Source: Candidatus Staskawiczbacteria bacterium (lineage in GTDB: Bacteria; Patescibacteriota; Minisyncoccia; Minisyncoccales; Staskawiczbacteraceae). Taken from it: DNA of 46,832 nt. Of the stretch, positions 1-8,347 are shown one piece after another. Position numbers and translations under genes: made by a program. The stretch's first letter is position 1. The number at the start of each line of letters is the position of its first letter. Under the pieces are notes generated by a model that saw only the letters and a program-made list of their open reading frames with translations, made no database searches and was not told the origin of the DNA. The DNA is taken from NCBI GenBank assembly GCA_903928565.1, contig CAIYRH010000009.1, forward strand, positions 1 through 46,832, in the 5' to 3' direction.

Positions 1-36
1 AAGTAGGTTTTTTGCCTCGAGGCAAAAAACCTACTT
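1..36. repeat. Perfect 36-bp palindrome AAGTAGG-T6-GCCTC|GAGGC-A6-CCTACTT, possibly also a terminator
   Basis: Self-complementary over 1-36 and followed by extra Ts. The central 24 bp recur at 39375-39398. Confidence 0.85.
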
Positions 37-73
37 TTTTTATAATATAGATTTATTGCGGCTTTTTAAAATC

Positions 74-102
74 TTGACGTTATAGTTTAATTGTGATAAA
101 AA
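74..102 (+). promoter_or_regulatory. Putative sigma70 promoter of ORFan islet A
   Basis: TTGACG-17-TAAAAA with TG upstream of the -10. The -10 is imperfect. Confidence 0.4.
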
Positions 103-198
103 CAACTAATCTAGTTCGGCGGAAACACTTTCTGCCTTTCCCAAATTTCCGCCACAATGCGGAACATCCCAACCCCAACCCCAACCAAAATCACTGCC

Positions 199-447
199 AT
201 GAAAAAATTAAAACGCTTCAGGCAATTCAAGGCTCCCCCGCGGAGGTTTAGAGTAATCTGCATCGGCTTTTACAGAGGCTTGCGATATTTAGTCGGCGAC
301 TACAAACATCGCCGAAGTGCAAGAAGGGCTGCCAAAAGAGAGTATAGAAAAACAGATAGCTGTTTCTATATTCACGATGACGCCGGAAATGAAATCGGCA
401 AATTCATACAGCCAGCCCGACACAACAACCAACCGACCCCAAACTGA
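199..447 (+). CDS. Hypothetical small basic protein (82 aa)
   Basis: ORF 157..447. Start moved to ATG 199 because the upstream part is a CCAACC-rich leader. No family recognised. Confidence 0.6.
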   Translation: MKKLKRFRQFKAPPRRFRVICIGFYRGLRYLVGDYKHRRSARRAAKREYRKTDSCFYIHDDAGNEIGKFIQPARHNNQPTPN

Positions 448-458
448 AACCAATCCCC

Positions 459-794
459 ATGACACCACAACTGCTTGCACAAAAGGAAAAAGAACTGCGG
501 GAAAAATATCCCGCCATGTTTTCTCATCCAGAATTGAGAGCGGGCGAAGTCCAAATTGAAGATGCGCTCTATGAACTCAGTGGTCATCGCCGACAAACTT
601 TAAAGAATATTGGCTTCCAAAGTGCCCGTTTCGGTTCAAGCCATGTGGAAAAAGTAGCCATCTTAATCGTCAATAATGACTCCAGCTTAACCCCAACTTC
701 TACAAACCTTAGCTTTTTTCCCATATTTGTCAGCCTTGAAGAATACTTCAAGGTAGTAGAAGCGCACGAACCCCAACCAAAACCAAAGCAATGA
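459..794 (+). CDS. Hypothetical protein (111 aa)
   Basis: ORF starts 11 nt after the previous stop. Its stop overlaps the next ATG (ATGA). Confidence 0.65.
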   Translation: MTPQLLAQKEKELREKYPAMFSHPELRAGEVQIEDALYELSGHRRQTLKNIGFQSARFGSSHVEKVAILIVNNDSSLTPTSTNLSFFPIFVSLEEYFKVVEAHEPQPKPKQ

Positions 795-937
795 ACACAA
801 CAATCCGAATTCTGCTCTTTCTCGCTTTTTTAGCAGTTGGAGCATGGTTGCTTCGGGCGTGGCATAATAGCCAGCCACCCCCGCGCCACCACCAACCCAT
901 CGCCGCACCCACCCAAAGCGAACCGGCGAGGAAGTAA
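791..937 (+). CDS. Small single-pass membrane protein (48 aa), not in the ORF track
   Basis: Hand translation: MNTTIRILLFLAFLAVGAWLLRAWHNSQPPPRHHQPIAAPTQSEPARK*. ATGA overlap with the upstream gene, terminator downstream. Confidence 0.6.
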   Translation: MNTTIRILLFLAFLAVGAWLLRAWHNSQPPPRHHQPIAAPTQSEPARK

Positions 938-959
938 GTTGCAAAGCGCAACATCACAA

Positions 960-988
960 AACCGCATGGTACGCCCAGCGGTTCTTTT
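960..988 (+). terminator. Intrinsic terminator of islet A
   Basis: AACCGC-12 nt loop-GCGGTT followed by CTTTT. Confidence 0.55.
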
Positions 989-1002
989 ATTGAAACGAGT
1001 CT

Positions 1003-1031
1003 TTGACTTAATCTGTTTTTTAGCGTATAAT
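1003..1031 (+). promoter_or_regulatory. sigma70 promoter of typA
   Basis: TTGACT-17-TATAAT, 31 nt before the ATG. Confidence 0.75.
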
Positions 1032-1062
1032 TATTGGTATTATCTAAGACAATAAATAATAA

Positions 1063-2892
1063 ATGAAAAATATTAGAAACATCGCAATTATTGCTCACGT
1101 TGACCACGGAAAAACCACACTGGTGGACGCGCTTTTAAGGCAAAGTAAAACTGAAATGAAGAAAGAAGTTGCCGCCCAAGAAATGATAATGGACAGCAAC
1201 GAACTTGAAAGAGAACGCGGAATTACTATTTTCTCAAAAAATGCTTCCGTAATGTACGGTGAAGTTAAAATAAATATAATTGACACACCCGGTCACGCCG
1301 ATTTTGGCGGTGAAGTTGAAAGAGTTTTAAACATGGCCGATGGTTGTTTACTTTTAATCGACGCCAAGGAAGGCCCAATGCCCCAAACTCGTTTTGTTTT
1401 AAAAAAGGCGTTAGAAATGGGCCACAAAATTATTGTAGTTGTAAATAAAATAGACAAACCCGGCGCTTGCCCAGAATTTGCACTAGAAGCAACTTTTGAA
1501 TTATTTTTAGAATTGGGCGCTGGCGACCACAGTTTAGATTTTCCTGTTTTGTATGCTTCGGGCCGCGATGGCAAAGCCGGCCTACAAGCCGACTTATCAA
1601 AAATGACAGACATTACTCCTGTTTTCGACGCCATTGTAGAACACATTCCCTCACCCATTGCAGACATTTCAAAACCTTTGCAAATGCTGGTAACCTCAAT
1701 TGCTCCAGACGACTTTAAGGGCAGAATTGCCATTGGCAGAATTCACAACGGAGTTTTAAAAGCCGGCCAAGAAGTAGTTCATATAAACAGGCAGGGCGCT
1801 TCAGCAAAATGCAGAATAACTTCACTTATGACATTTGCAGGTTTGGGCAGGCTTGAAGCCGAAGAAATAAAAGCTGGTGACATTGTTGCCCTTGCCGGCA
1901 TTGAAGACGTTACAATTGGTGAAACAATTGCCGACCCCGAAAACCCCACAGCCCTCCCAGTAATTAACATCGACGAGCCAACTGTAAAAATGACATTTAT
2001 GGTTAACGACTCCCCGTTTGCGGGCAAAGAAGGCGAATTTTCTACAACTCGCCAAATTAGGCAACGGCTTTTTAAAGAATTAGAAACCGATGTTTCATTA
2101 AAAGTTGAAGAAAACGATAAAAACCAATGGATTGTTTCTGGCCGTGGTGAATTACATTTGGCAATTTTAATTGAAAGAATGCGCCGTGAAGGTTATGAAT
2201 TTCAAGTTTCCCGCCCACAAGTTATTTTGCGCGAAATAAACGGCAAAACAATGACGCCGTACGAAAAAATATTTATAGAAGTCCCCGACCAATACCAAGG
2301 TGTTGTTATGCAAAAAATGGGCGTTAGAAAAGGTGAATTAAAAGAAATGCGCAACCACAACGGCATTGCCTTTTTAGAATTTATAATTCCAACCAGAGGC
2401 TTGTTTGGCTACAGAAACGAATTTTTAACAGACACCAAGGGCCTTGGAATAATTAATACAATTTTCTTTGAATACATGCCCGACCAAGGCAACTGGAAAG
2501 AACGCGACAATGGCTCACTCGTTGCCACCGAAACCGGCGAAACTCGCCTTTATGGTTTGAAAAATGTTCAAGACCGCGGAGTTTTATTTATTGGGCCGGC
2601 TGTTACAGTTTATGAAGGCCAAGTTGTTGGGCAAAACTCGCGCCCCAACGACATTAGGGTAAATGTTTGCAAAGAAAAACAACTTTCTAATATGCGCTCA
2701 AAGGGTGAAAAAAACCGCGAGCATTTTAATGTTCCCAAATTAATGAACTTAGAAGATTCGTTAGAGTACATTGGTGACGACGAATTAGTTGAGGTTACTC
2801 CAAAAAATATTCGCATCAGAAAAATGCACTTAAAAGAAGTTGATGCCAAGCGTGCCGACCGCGCCGAAGCCGGTGTGAAGTTTGACTACTAA
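1063..2892 (+). CDS. typA: Translational GTPase TypA/BipA
   Basis: NIAIIAHVDHGKTT, RERGITI, DTPGHADFGGEVER, NKID, GRGELHL and the BipA C-terminal NVCKEKQLSNMR. Confidence 0.97.
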   Translation: MKNIRNIAIIAHVDHGKTTLVDALLRQSKTEMKKEVAAQEMIMDSNELERERGITIFSKNASVMYGEVKINIIDTPGHADFGGEVERVLNMADGCLLLIDAKEGPMPQTRFVLKKALEMGHKIIVVVNKIDKPGACPEFALEATFELFLELGAGDHSLDFPVLYASGRDGKAGLQADLSKMTDITPVFDAIVEHIPSPIADISKPLQMLVTSIAPDDFKGRIAIGRIHNGVLKAGQEVVHINRQGASAKCRITSLMTFAGLGRLEAEEIKAGDIVALAGIEDVTIGETIADPENPTALPVINIDEPTVKMTFMVNDSPFAGKEGEFSTTRQIRQRLFKELETDVSLKVEENDKNQWIVSGRGELHLAILIERMRREGYEFQVSRPQVILREINGKTMTPYEKIFIEVPDQYQGVVMQKMGVRKGELKEMRNHNGIAFLEFIIPTRGLFGYRNEFLTDTKGLGIINTIFFEYMPDQGNWKERDNGSLVATETGETRLYGLKNVQDRGVLFIGPAVTVYEGQVVGQNSRPNDIRVNVCKEKQLSNMRSKGEKNREHFNVPKLMNLEDSLEYIGDDELVEVTPKNIRIRKMHLKEVDAKRADRAEAGVKFDY

Positions 2893-2897
2893 AACCT

Positions 2898-2919
2898 AAC
2901 CGCCACATGGCGGTTTTTT
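2898..2919 (+). terminator. Intrinsic terminator of typA
   Basis: AACCGCCA-CA-TGGCGGTT-TTTT. Confidence 0.75.
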
Positions 2920-2929
2920 GTTGCATGGA

Positions 2930-3024
2930 TTGACATTTTCACAAAAAGTCATAAGATATAAATACTCAGCCCTGACAGTTTTTTTACAACATCCAAACCA
3001 ACCAAACCAATCGGAGACACCAAA
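2930..3024 (+). promoter_or_regulatory. Repeated promoter-leader module, copy 1
   Basis: TTGACA-16-TAAGAT, then CTGACAG-T tract-ACAA, a CCAA-repeat leader and GGAG. Near-identical to 3709-3802 and 4441-4529. Confidence 0.8.
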
Positions 3025-3633
3025 ATGAAAAAAAATATCTTTTACGCATTATTTACTATTGCTGGCGTCATCAGCGTCTGCTACATAGCCAAACATGAGA
3101 AGCTGAATATACTGCTTGCTGGAGGAGTTGTCACTCTATTGAGTGCTTGGGGTGGCTTGAAAATTATATCGAACATCCTCAATCCAAAACGGGCGCAACG
3201 CCAAGTGGCGCCCGAAGTGGTCCACAAACCAATAAAGGTATATAATATCAAAATTGACGCGTTCCTCAATGCTATGAGCGAGCTTGCCGCGAACACCGAC
3301 ACCACTAATTTGATGTACCAGCAATGGTATCATAATCGAGTCCACTCAGAATGGTTCAACTTGGCAGCGGCAAAAGAACCCGACTATTTTCTCAAGCTGC
3401 CAGTGGACAGCGATCTTGCAAGTGATTTTGTTGACAGTATGGCGGAAATGTTCGAAGGTTTGATTGTATACACTTGTGCCAATGACAAGGTGCGTCGTGA
3501 ACTGTTGCAAGCAAGCCAAGATTTTCTACGCGCCGTCGAAACAAAGTACTTGGAACTCGGAATTGATATCGACGACATCAACTTCGCTTCGGCACTTTTA
3601 TTCGCCGACGCTATGGCGCTAGGCAGCGCCTAA
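3025..3633 (+). CDS. Membrane-anchored ORFan paralog 1 (202 aa, 2 N-terminal hydrophobic segments)
   Basis: GGAG upstream. Shares FL.AM and F.RAV..K.LELG..ID.I.F motifs with the next two ORFs. Confidence 0.85.
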   Translation: MKKNIFYALFTIAGVISVCYIAKHEKLNILLAGGVVTLLSAWGGLKIISNILNPKRAQRQVAPEVVHKPIKVYNIKIDAFLNAMSELAANTDTTNLMYQQWYHNRVHSEWFNLAAAKEPDYFLKLPVDSDLASDFVDSMAEMFEGLIVYTCANDKVRRELLQASQDFLRAVETKYLELGIDIDDINFASALLFADAMALGSA

Positions 3634-3645
3634 TGCAAACTTTAT

Positions 3646-3683
3646 GTCGCGGCAGATAACATCTGTATTCGCGACTTTTTTTT
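3646..3683 (+). terminator. Terminator of paralog 1 (identical to that of paralog 2)
   Basis: GTCGCG-GCAGAT-AAC-ATCTGT-ATT-CGCGAC-T8. Confidence 0.8.
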
Positions 3684-3708
3684 GCTTGTCTTGAGCGAAG
3701 CCTAAGAA

Positions 3709-3802
3709 TTGACATTTTCACAAAAAATCATAAGATATAACTACTCAGACCTGACAGTTTATTTGACAATCCAAACCAACCAAACCAATCGGAGACACCA
3801 CA
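3709..3802 (+). promoter_or_regulatory. Repeated promoter-leader module, copy 2
   Basis: TTGACA-16-TAAGAT. About 7 differences from copy 1 over about 95 nt. Confidence 0.8.
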
Positions 3803-4381
3803 ATGAAAAACATCATCACCATGATTTGCACGCCACTCGCTGCCGCTATCGCATTTTGCTATCTCATAGACAAACAGCCTATATTGGCATTCTTATCTGT
3901 GGCATTATTTGCCATGGCCGGAACTGCCATCATCATATTCTTTCCTAAGCATCGCAAAACAACTTGCCAAGCGCCGCCCGCGCCAACCAAACCGGTCCGC
4001 AAGCCGGTAAAGGTGTATAAGCTGAAATGTGGCGAATTCCTGGAGGCCATGAAAGAGGTGTTCAACGCACCCGAAACTCCACATTGGCTCTTCCGGACTT
4101 GGTACAAAGACGACATCAAAATAGGTTGGGAAAACTTCAGCAATACCTCGCTGACACAGCTCATCTTGGAGGGTTTCGTCGAAGACATGATTTGCACTTT
4201 CCAAAAAATGGCTTCCGAGTCTAATGGCAGCGAAGACTACCAACGATTACTAGTGCAAAAAGGCCACACCTTTATGCGTGCAGTTCGGGCTAAATGCCTT
4301 GAACTAGAACTTAACGTTGATGGAATTGACTTCGACGCGTCACTTTCATATGCCGACGCCGTAGCGCACGCCAGCGCCTAA
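3803..4381 (+). CDS. Membrane-anchored ORFan paralog 2 (192 aa)
   Basis: KPVKVY, EFLEAM, FMRAVRAKCLELELNVDGIDF and a C-terminal ADAVAHASA match paralog 1. Confidence 0.85.
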   Translation: MKNIITMICTPLAAAIAFCYLIDKQPILAFLSVALFAMAGTAIIIFFPKHRKTTCQAPPAPTKPVRKPVKVYKLKCGEFLEAMKEVFNAPETPHWLFRTWYKDDIKIGWENFSNTSLTQLILEGFVEDMICTFQKMASESNGSEDYQRLLVQKGHTFMRAVRAKCLELELNVDGIDFDASLSYADAVAHASA

Positions 4382-4391
4382 AACCGCCCAT

Positions 4392-4428
4392 GTCGCGGCA
4401 GATAACATCTGTATTCGCGACTTTTTTT
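4392..4428 (+). terminator. Terminator of paralog 2
   Basis: The 32-nt stretch starting at 4390 matches the one starting at 3644, followed by T7. Confidence 0.8.
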
Positions 4429-4440
4429 GCCTTATTATGG

Positions 4441-4529
4441 TTGACAATTTTGCAAAAAGTCATAAGATATAGATACTCAACCTGGACAGCTTTTTTGACA
4501 ATCCAAACCAACCATCGGAGACAACCAAT
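4441..4529 (+). promoter_or_regulatory. Repeated promoter-leader module, copy 3
   Basis: TTGACA-16-TAAGAT, GGACAGC-T6-GACAATCCAAACCAACCATCGGAG. Confidence 0.8.
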
Positions 4530-5117
4530 ATGAAACCAACACACTTGCTCCTACCAGCTACTATAATAGTTGGTATTATCTGTCTATTTTGCCCGCCCTC
4601 TGGATTGGCAATTATCGCTAAAACTCTGACGGTTATTGGCATTACCTGCTTGGTAGTTGACTTCATCCGGTGCAGATGGATTAATCGCCAAGCGCCGCCC
4701 GAACCAACCGAAATTACATACGCTGAATTCCTGCATGCCATGCGCGCGGTGGCAGATGCTTTTCCTAATGCAAAGCTGTTTTTTGGAAAGCTGTACCAAG
4801 CCACTACCAGCTATAAATGGGAAGAACGTCGCAAATGGCACCGCCCTGCATCCCAAGCGAACAGCTTTATCAATAGCATGCACAAATATTTTTGGGATTT
4901 AATAAGCGCTACCCACGACCACACCGCCGTACAAGAAGAAGCGCGTCAATATTTTTGTGCGGTTCGGGCCAAGTGTGTTGAACTGGGTATTAATATCGAT
5001 GGCATCAATTTTAACCCGCCGCTTTTGCCTAGAGAAGCATCCGAAACGCAGGCTGATATGAATCTAACCCTAACGCATATAGCCATAAACAACGACCCGC
5101 CGGGGGACGTATTCTAA
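4530..5117 (+). CDS. Membrane-anchored ORFan paralog 3 (195 aa)
   Basis: RQAPPEP, EFLHAM and YFCAVRAKCVELGINIDGINF. Different C-terminal tail. Confidence 0.85.
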   Translation: MKPTHLLLPATIIVGIICLFCPPSGLAIIAKTLTVIGITCLVVDFIRCRWINRQAPPEPTEITYAEFLHAMRAVADAFPNAKLFFGKLYQATTSYKWEERRKWHRPASQANSFINSMHKYFWDLISATHDHTAVQEEARQYFCAVRAKCVELGINIDGINFNPPLLPREASETQADMNLTLTHIAINNDPPGDVF

Positions 5118-5142
5118 TAAGACGCAAAGTCTCGCGACCTAG

Positions 5143-5172
5143 GCTGACGTATCCAATCGTCGGCTTTTTTTT
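5143..5172 (+). terminator. Terminator of paralog 3
   Basis: GCTGACG-8 nt-CGTCGGC-T8. Confidence 0.7.
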
Positions 5173-5183
5173 GTGCCGACTTG

Positions 5184-5213
5184 CCCCGTTAGAGAGCTTA
5201 TTCTCTCACGGGG
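5184..5213. repeat. Short inverted-repeat element CCCCGTTAGAGA...TCTCTCACGGGG
   Basis: 12-nt arms with one mismatch. Directly abuts TTGCAT at 5214. Confidence 0.6.
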
Positions 5214-5242
5214 TTGCATTTTGGCCATAATCGTGGTATGCT
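5214..5242 (+). promoter_or_regulatory. Putative sigma70 promoter
   Basis: TTGCAT-17-TATGCT. Confidence 0.55.
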
Positions 5243-5269
5243 TAAATACCTTAGTAATTAAGGTCAACT

Positions 5270-5533
5270 ATGATATTAATAAGCAAGGAACAATTTTTAG
5301 AGGAGCATAATAAGTTATCGCCTTCTAATCTGCAGGCCACGCTTGCTTTGCTTAATAGATTTAAAGAGGAAAAAAAGCCTCTTTTAAAAGACGACAGCTG
5401 GTGTTTAGACAAACATCGTGTTCCATTTATTGCTTGGCTGTCTTCATTAGAAAAACCAAAAGAAAAAAACGCCAGACTTTCAACTAAAAAAGAAATTTTC
5501 CGCAACTACCCCGAAACTCACTACGAAGGTTAA
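5270..5533 (+). CDS. Hypothetical protein (87 aa), AT-rich core-like composition
   Basis: ORF with its own promoter and terminator. No function recognised. Confidence 0.75.
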   Translation: MILISKEQFLEEHNKLSPSNLQATLALLNRFKEEKKPLLKDDSWCLDKHRVPFIAWLSSLEKPKEKNARLSTKKEIFRNYPETHYEG

Positions 5534-5537
5534 ATAG

Positions 5538-5568
5538 AAAAATCGTCTTTCAATTAAGGCGATTTTTT
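5538..5568 (+). terminator. Intrinsic terminator
   Basis: AAAAATCGTCTT-TCAATT-AAGGCGATTTTT. Confidence 0.7.
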
Positions 5569-5569
5569 G

Positions 5570-5651
5570 TTGACAAATTATAGAAAAGATATAAACTATA
5601 AATATCTAAACCCGACAGTTTTTTGACAACCCCAACCCCGATACAACCACC
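5570..5651 (+). promoter_or_regulatory. Divergent fourth copy of the promoter-leader module
   Basis: TTGACA-16-TAAACT-ATAAATA, CCCGACAG-T6-GACAA, CA-rich leader. Confidence 0.65.
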
Positions 5652-6464
5652 ATGAAAACGCCAACGAAACAAGAACTAATGGAATCAGCCAGTCAATGGT
5701 TTCTTACAATGCGCAGGGGCCCCTGCTTTATTCTTCATTGGACAGGTGGCTACGGAAGTCCGCTATACTCCCAACTGGAATTCAAGGGTCAAACCCTAGA
5801 CGATTTTCTCCGCTATGTGTGGAAGAAATTTCGTTCACTGCAAAAGGGACTCAACCGCCTGTTTACCAAACTCGACTTCGACGCACCCAACAACCCAACC
5901 AACAAAAGGGTCTTCGCCAAATTCATGGACAGCGCTATCTGGGCAATGTCAGCGGCTATTGATATAAGGCCATACCTGGATCACTACACGCATGACCCTA
6001 CGAATTTCCTATATATTGATTTCGTTTTCCGCCTAGAAGAAATCTATACAAAGTGCTTATCGCTGGTTTATATTTTCGGCGACAAAACGCAGAAACAGCA
6101 GGCCTACATCAACCTGCTCCACGACTTCGTCCAAATGGGTGGAATATCTGCCGACGGAGGACCAGGCCATGGGCTGGACTGTTCAATAACAGCCTACTAC
6201 CGCGCCTTTTTCTCGTCAACGATGCGCCATGCCATGGCCTATCAACGTTTCGGCGCGCTCATCGCTGACTTGGCAAAACTTGTCCAAGAGAAATATCCCA
6301 AAGCCGCCAATAAATTGGCGGGGTCTGTCGATCATCTTTTGAAAAGTGCTACCTGCGGTTTTTCTTCAACGGAGTTTTCCTCTCCGGCAAAGTCCGCCAT
6401 GATTGAGGTGCTTCAACAAGTGGTTACTGACCTACAAAGCTCTACCGCCGAAAAGGCCGCCTGA
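5652..6464 (+). CDS. Hypothetical soluble protein (270 aa), unrelated to the paralog triplet
   Basis: Long ORF directly behind the fourth promoter module. Confidence 0.85.
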   Translation: MKTPTKQELMESASQWFLTMRRGPCFILHWTGGYGSPLYSQLEFKGQTLDDFLRYVWKKFRSLQKGLNRLFTKLDFDAPNNPTNKRVFAKFMDSAIWAMSAAIDIRPYLDHYTHDPTNFLYIDFVFRLEEIYTKCLSLVYIFGDKTQKQQAYINLLHDFVQMGGISADGGPGHGLDCSITAYYRAFFSSTMRHAMAYQRFGALIADLAKLVQEKYPKAANKLAGSVDHLLKSATCGFSSTEFSSPAKSAMIEVLQQVVTDLQSSTAEKAA

Positions 6465-6527
6465 GCCAAAAACTCTTTCGGCTTGCAACAACCCCTGTTC
6501 ATTGATTTTATTGAAGGGAGAATTTCT

Positions 6528-7037
6528 ATGAAAACGAAACAAGCCAGCAAAGTTGCCACGGTCGAAGCGCCGCTTTTGGGAACATTTTATGCAGTGACAA
6601 TGACGTCCATCTACCGGGCGGTAATTAATGAAAAAGGAGCGCCTTACGTTGAAAAAATTGCCATTCGTGCAGGGCAAAACAGTGCAGTTGCCGTTGGAGA
6701 GAGATTTTCAAATGGAACAATGCTCTCGGTGGGTCAGCAATTGATTCTCTTTGTGCCAGAAGGGCATGGTTTTATGTCGCCCATGACATCGGTTGAACGC
6801 GAAATCGCCAATGTTAACACCCAATGGTGGGGTGGCGGAACTTCGGGAATAGTTGCCCTTTTCCTATTCGAAAATGACGCAGTCGTCTGTGGCAGGGCGG
6901 ATAACCTCACTTCTGGCGATAAACGGTGGCATCAAAACACCGTTGAAGTTCTCCGCGCCATCGGTGAAAATCACCCCTTTTGCTCTGTGACAAAGCATCC
7001 AGAAATGGAACTAGTCCCAGTGCGGGAATGGCTTTAA
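6528..7037 (+). CDS. Hypothetical protein (169 aa)
   Basis: ORF 6483..7037. ATG 6528 is preceded by GAAGGGAG. Confidence 0.8.
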   Translation: MKTKQASKVATVEAPLLGTFYAVTMTSIYRAVINEKGAPYVEKIAIRAGQNSAVAVGERFSNGTMLSVGQQLILFVPEGHGFMSPMTSVEREIANVNTQWWGGGTSGIVALFLFENDAVVCGRADNLTSGDKRWHQNTVEVLRAIGENHPFCSVTKHPEMELVPVREWL

Positions 7038-7052
7038 TAGCCCTTAGTTATA

Positions 7053-7086
7053 ACCCCCTATTAGGAAACGAACGGGGTCTTTTTTT
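7053..7086 (+). terminator. Putative terminator of islet C
   Basis: ACCCC-16 nt-GGGGT-C-T7. Short stem, long loop. Confidence 0.45.
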
Positions 7087-7128
7087 ACATTTTTATGCTA
7101 TAATGAATAATAAAATTAACCAATAAAT

Positions 7129-7521
7129 ATGAAAAGTTTATACAAAAATTTGGCAGTAGTTTGTTGGGTTATGGCAATTTTGCCAATAATCGCTTATTTT
7201 ATTACAAACAGCAACCACGATTTAAATTTAAATACAATGCTATTAGCCTTAATTCCCGCAATTTTGCTAATATTGGTGGGGCTTATATTTAATTCTTACT
7301 CAAAGAAAGTTGCTACCAGTAAAATGGTTACCATTGCATCAATTCTCGTTACGCTATCAATAGTTTCCGGCCTTTTGGGCTCAATAATTGAATATTCTTT
7401 GTATGGCGAGGGCAATGCAATTTTGGGCGGGATACTTGTACTTCTTTTTTCTCTCCCCCTACTCTGCATAGGGTTTATAATCGCCGTAATAGGTTTTTTA
7501 TTAACAATAAATAAAGCATAG
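7129..7521 (+). CDS. Integral membrane protein (130 aa, about 4 TM)
   Basis: Four hydrophobic segments. Stop is 1 nt before uppP. Confidence 0.75.
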   Translation: MKSLYKNLAVVCWVMAILPIIAYFITNSNHDLNLNTMLLALIPAILLILVGLIFNSYSKKVATSKMVTIASILVTLSIVSGLLGSIIEYSLYGEGNAILGGILVLLFSLPLLCIGFIIAVIGFLLTINKA

Positions 7522-7522
7522 A

Positions 7523-8347
7523 ATGTTTAATTATTTAATTGCGGTAATTTTGGGCGTGGTTGAAGGGTTTACAGAGTTTTTGCCCATTTCTTCAACCGGC
7601 CATTTAATTTTAGTAAATCAATTTATAGCATTTGATAAGAATTTTACTTTGCTTTTTGATATTGTAATACAGCTTGGAGCCATTTTGGCGGTTGTAGTTT
7701 ATTTTTGGAAAAGGCTTTGGCCATTTAGTTCAGATAAAGCAAAAAATAAAGAAATTTGGGCAATTTGGTTTAAAACCTTGGTTGGAGTTTTGCCGGCAAT
7801 TATTTTGGGCGCACTTTTCGCCAGCAAAATTGAAGACAAATTGTTTAACCCATGGACAGTTGCAATTGCCTTATTAATTGGTGGAATAATTATTTTATCA
7901 GTAGAGGCACACGAAAAACGCGCTACGAATGCGCCCATACGAATAAATACTATAAAAGAGTTAAGTTTTAAAACTGCTTTTTTTATTGGTTTAATTCAGT
8001 GCTTATCCATGATTCCTGGCACCTCACGTTCGGGCGCTACAATAATTGGGGCAATGGTTTTGGGCGCTTCGCGCATTGTTGCCGCTGAATTTTCATTCTT
8101 TTTAGCCATTCCAACAATGGTGGCGGCCACCGCTTGGAGCTTGTTTAAATACAGGGCACTTCTAAATTTTAGCCAAATTTCGGTGCTAGCAGTTGGGTTT
8201 ATTGTTTCTTTTTTAGTGGCTTTAGTGGTAATAAAATTCCTTATGAATTATGTTCAAAAAAACAATTTCAAAATATTTGGCTGGTACCGCATTATTTTAG
8301 GCATAATTATTATTGGTTATTTTCTTGTAAAATTATATGGATTATAA
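7523..8347 (+). CDS. uppP: Undecaprenyl-diphosphate phosphatase (BacA/UppP)
   Basis: GVVEGFTEFLPISSTGHL, IQLGAILAV, PGTSRSGATI and AAEFSFFLAIP motifs. Confidence 0.96.
   Translation: MFNYLIAVILGVVEGFTEFLPISSTGHLILVNQFIAFDKNFTLLFDIVIQLGAILAVVVYFWKRLWPFSSDKAKNKEIWAIWFKTLVGVLPAIILGALFASKIEDKLFNPWTVAIALLIGGIIILSVEAHEKRATNAPIRINTIKELSFKTAFFIGLIQCLSMIPGTSRSGATIIGAMVLGASRIVAAEFSFFLAIPTMVAATAWSLFKYRALLNFSQISVLAVGFIVSFLVALVVIKFLMNYVQKNNFKIFGWYRIILGIIIIGYFLVKLYGL

Noticed and set aside
748-1107. ORFs 837..1055 (+), 748..1107 (-) and 687..944 (-)
   Set aside because: They overlap the better-supported 791..937 ORF, its terminator and the typA promoter.
2930-5651. Regularly recurring repeats as a CRISPR array
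   Set aside because: The units are about 95 nt, promoter-like, and separated by 600-nt ORFs. There is no 25-45-nt repeat-spacer pattern and no cas gene.
2893-7086. Integron cassette array with attC sites
   Set aside because: The hairpins end in T tracts like terminators, I found no RYYYAAC...GTTRRRY pair, each unit has its own promoter, and no integrase is in the window.
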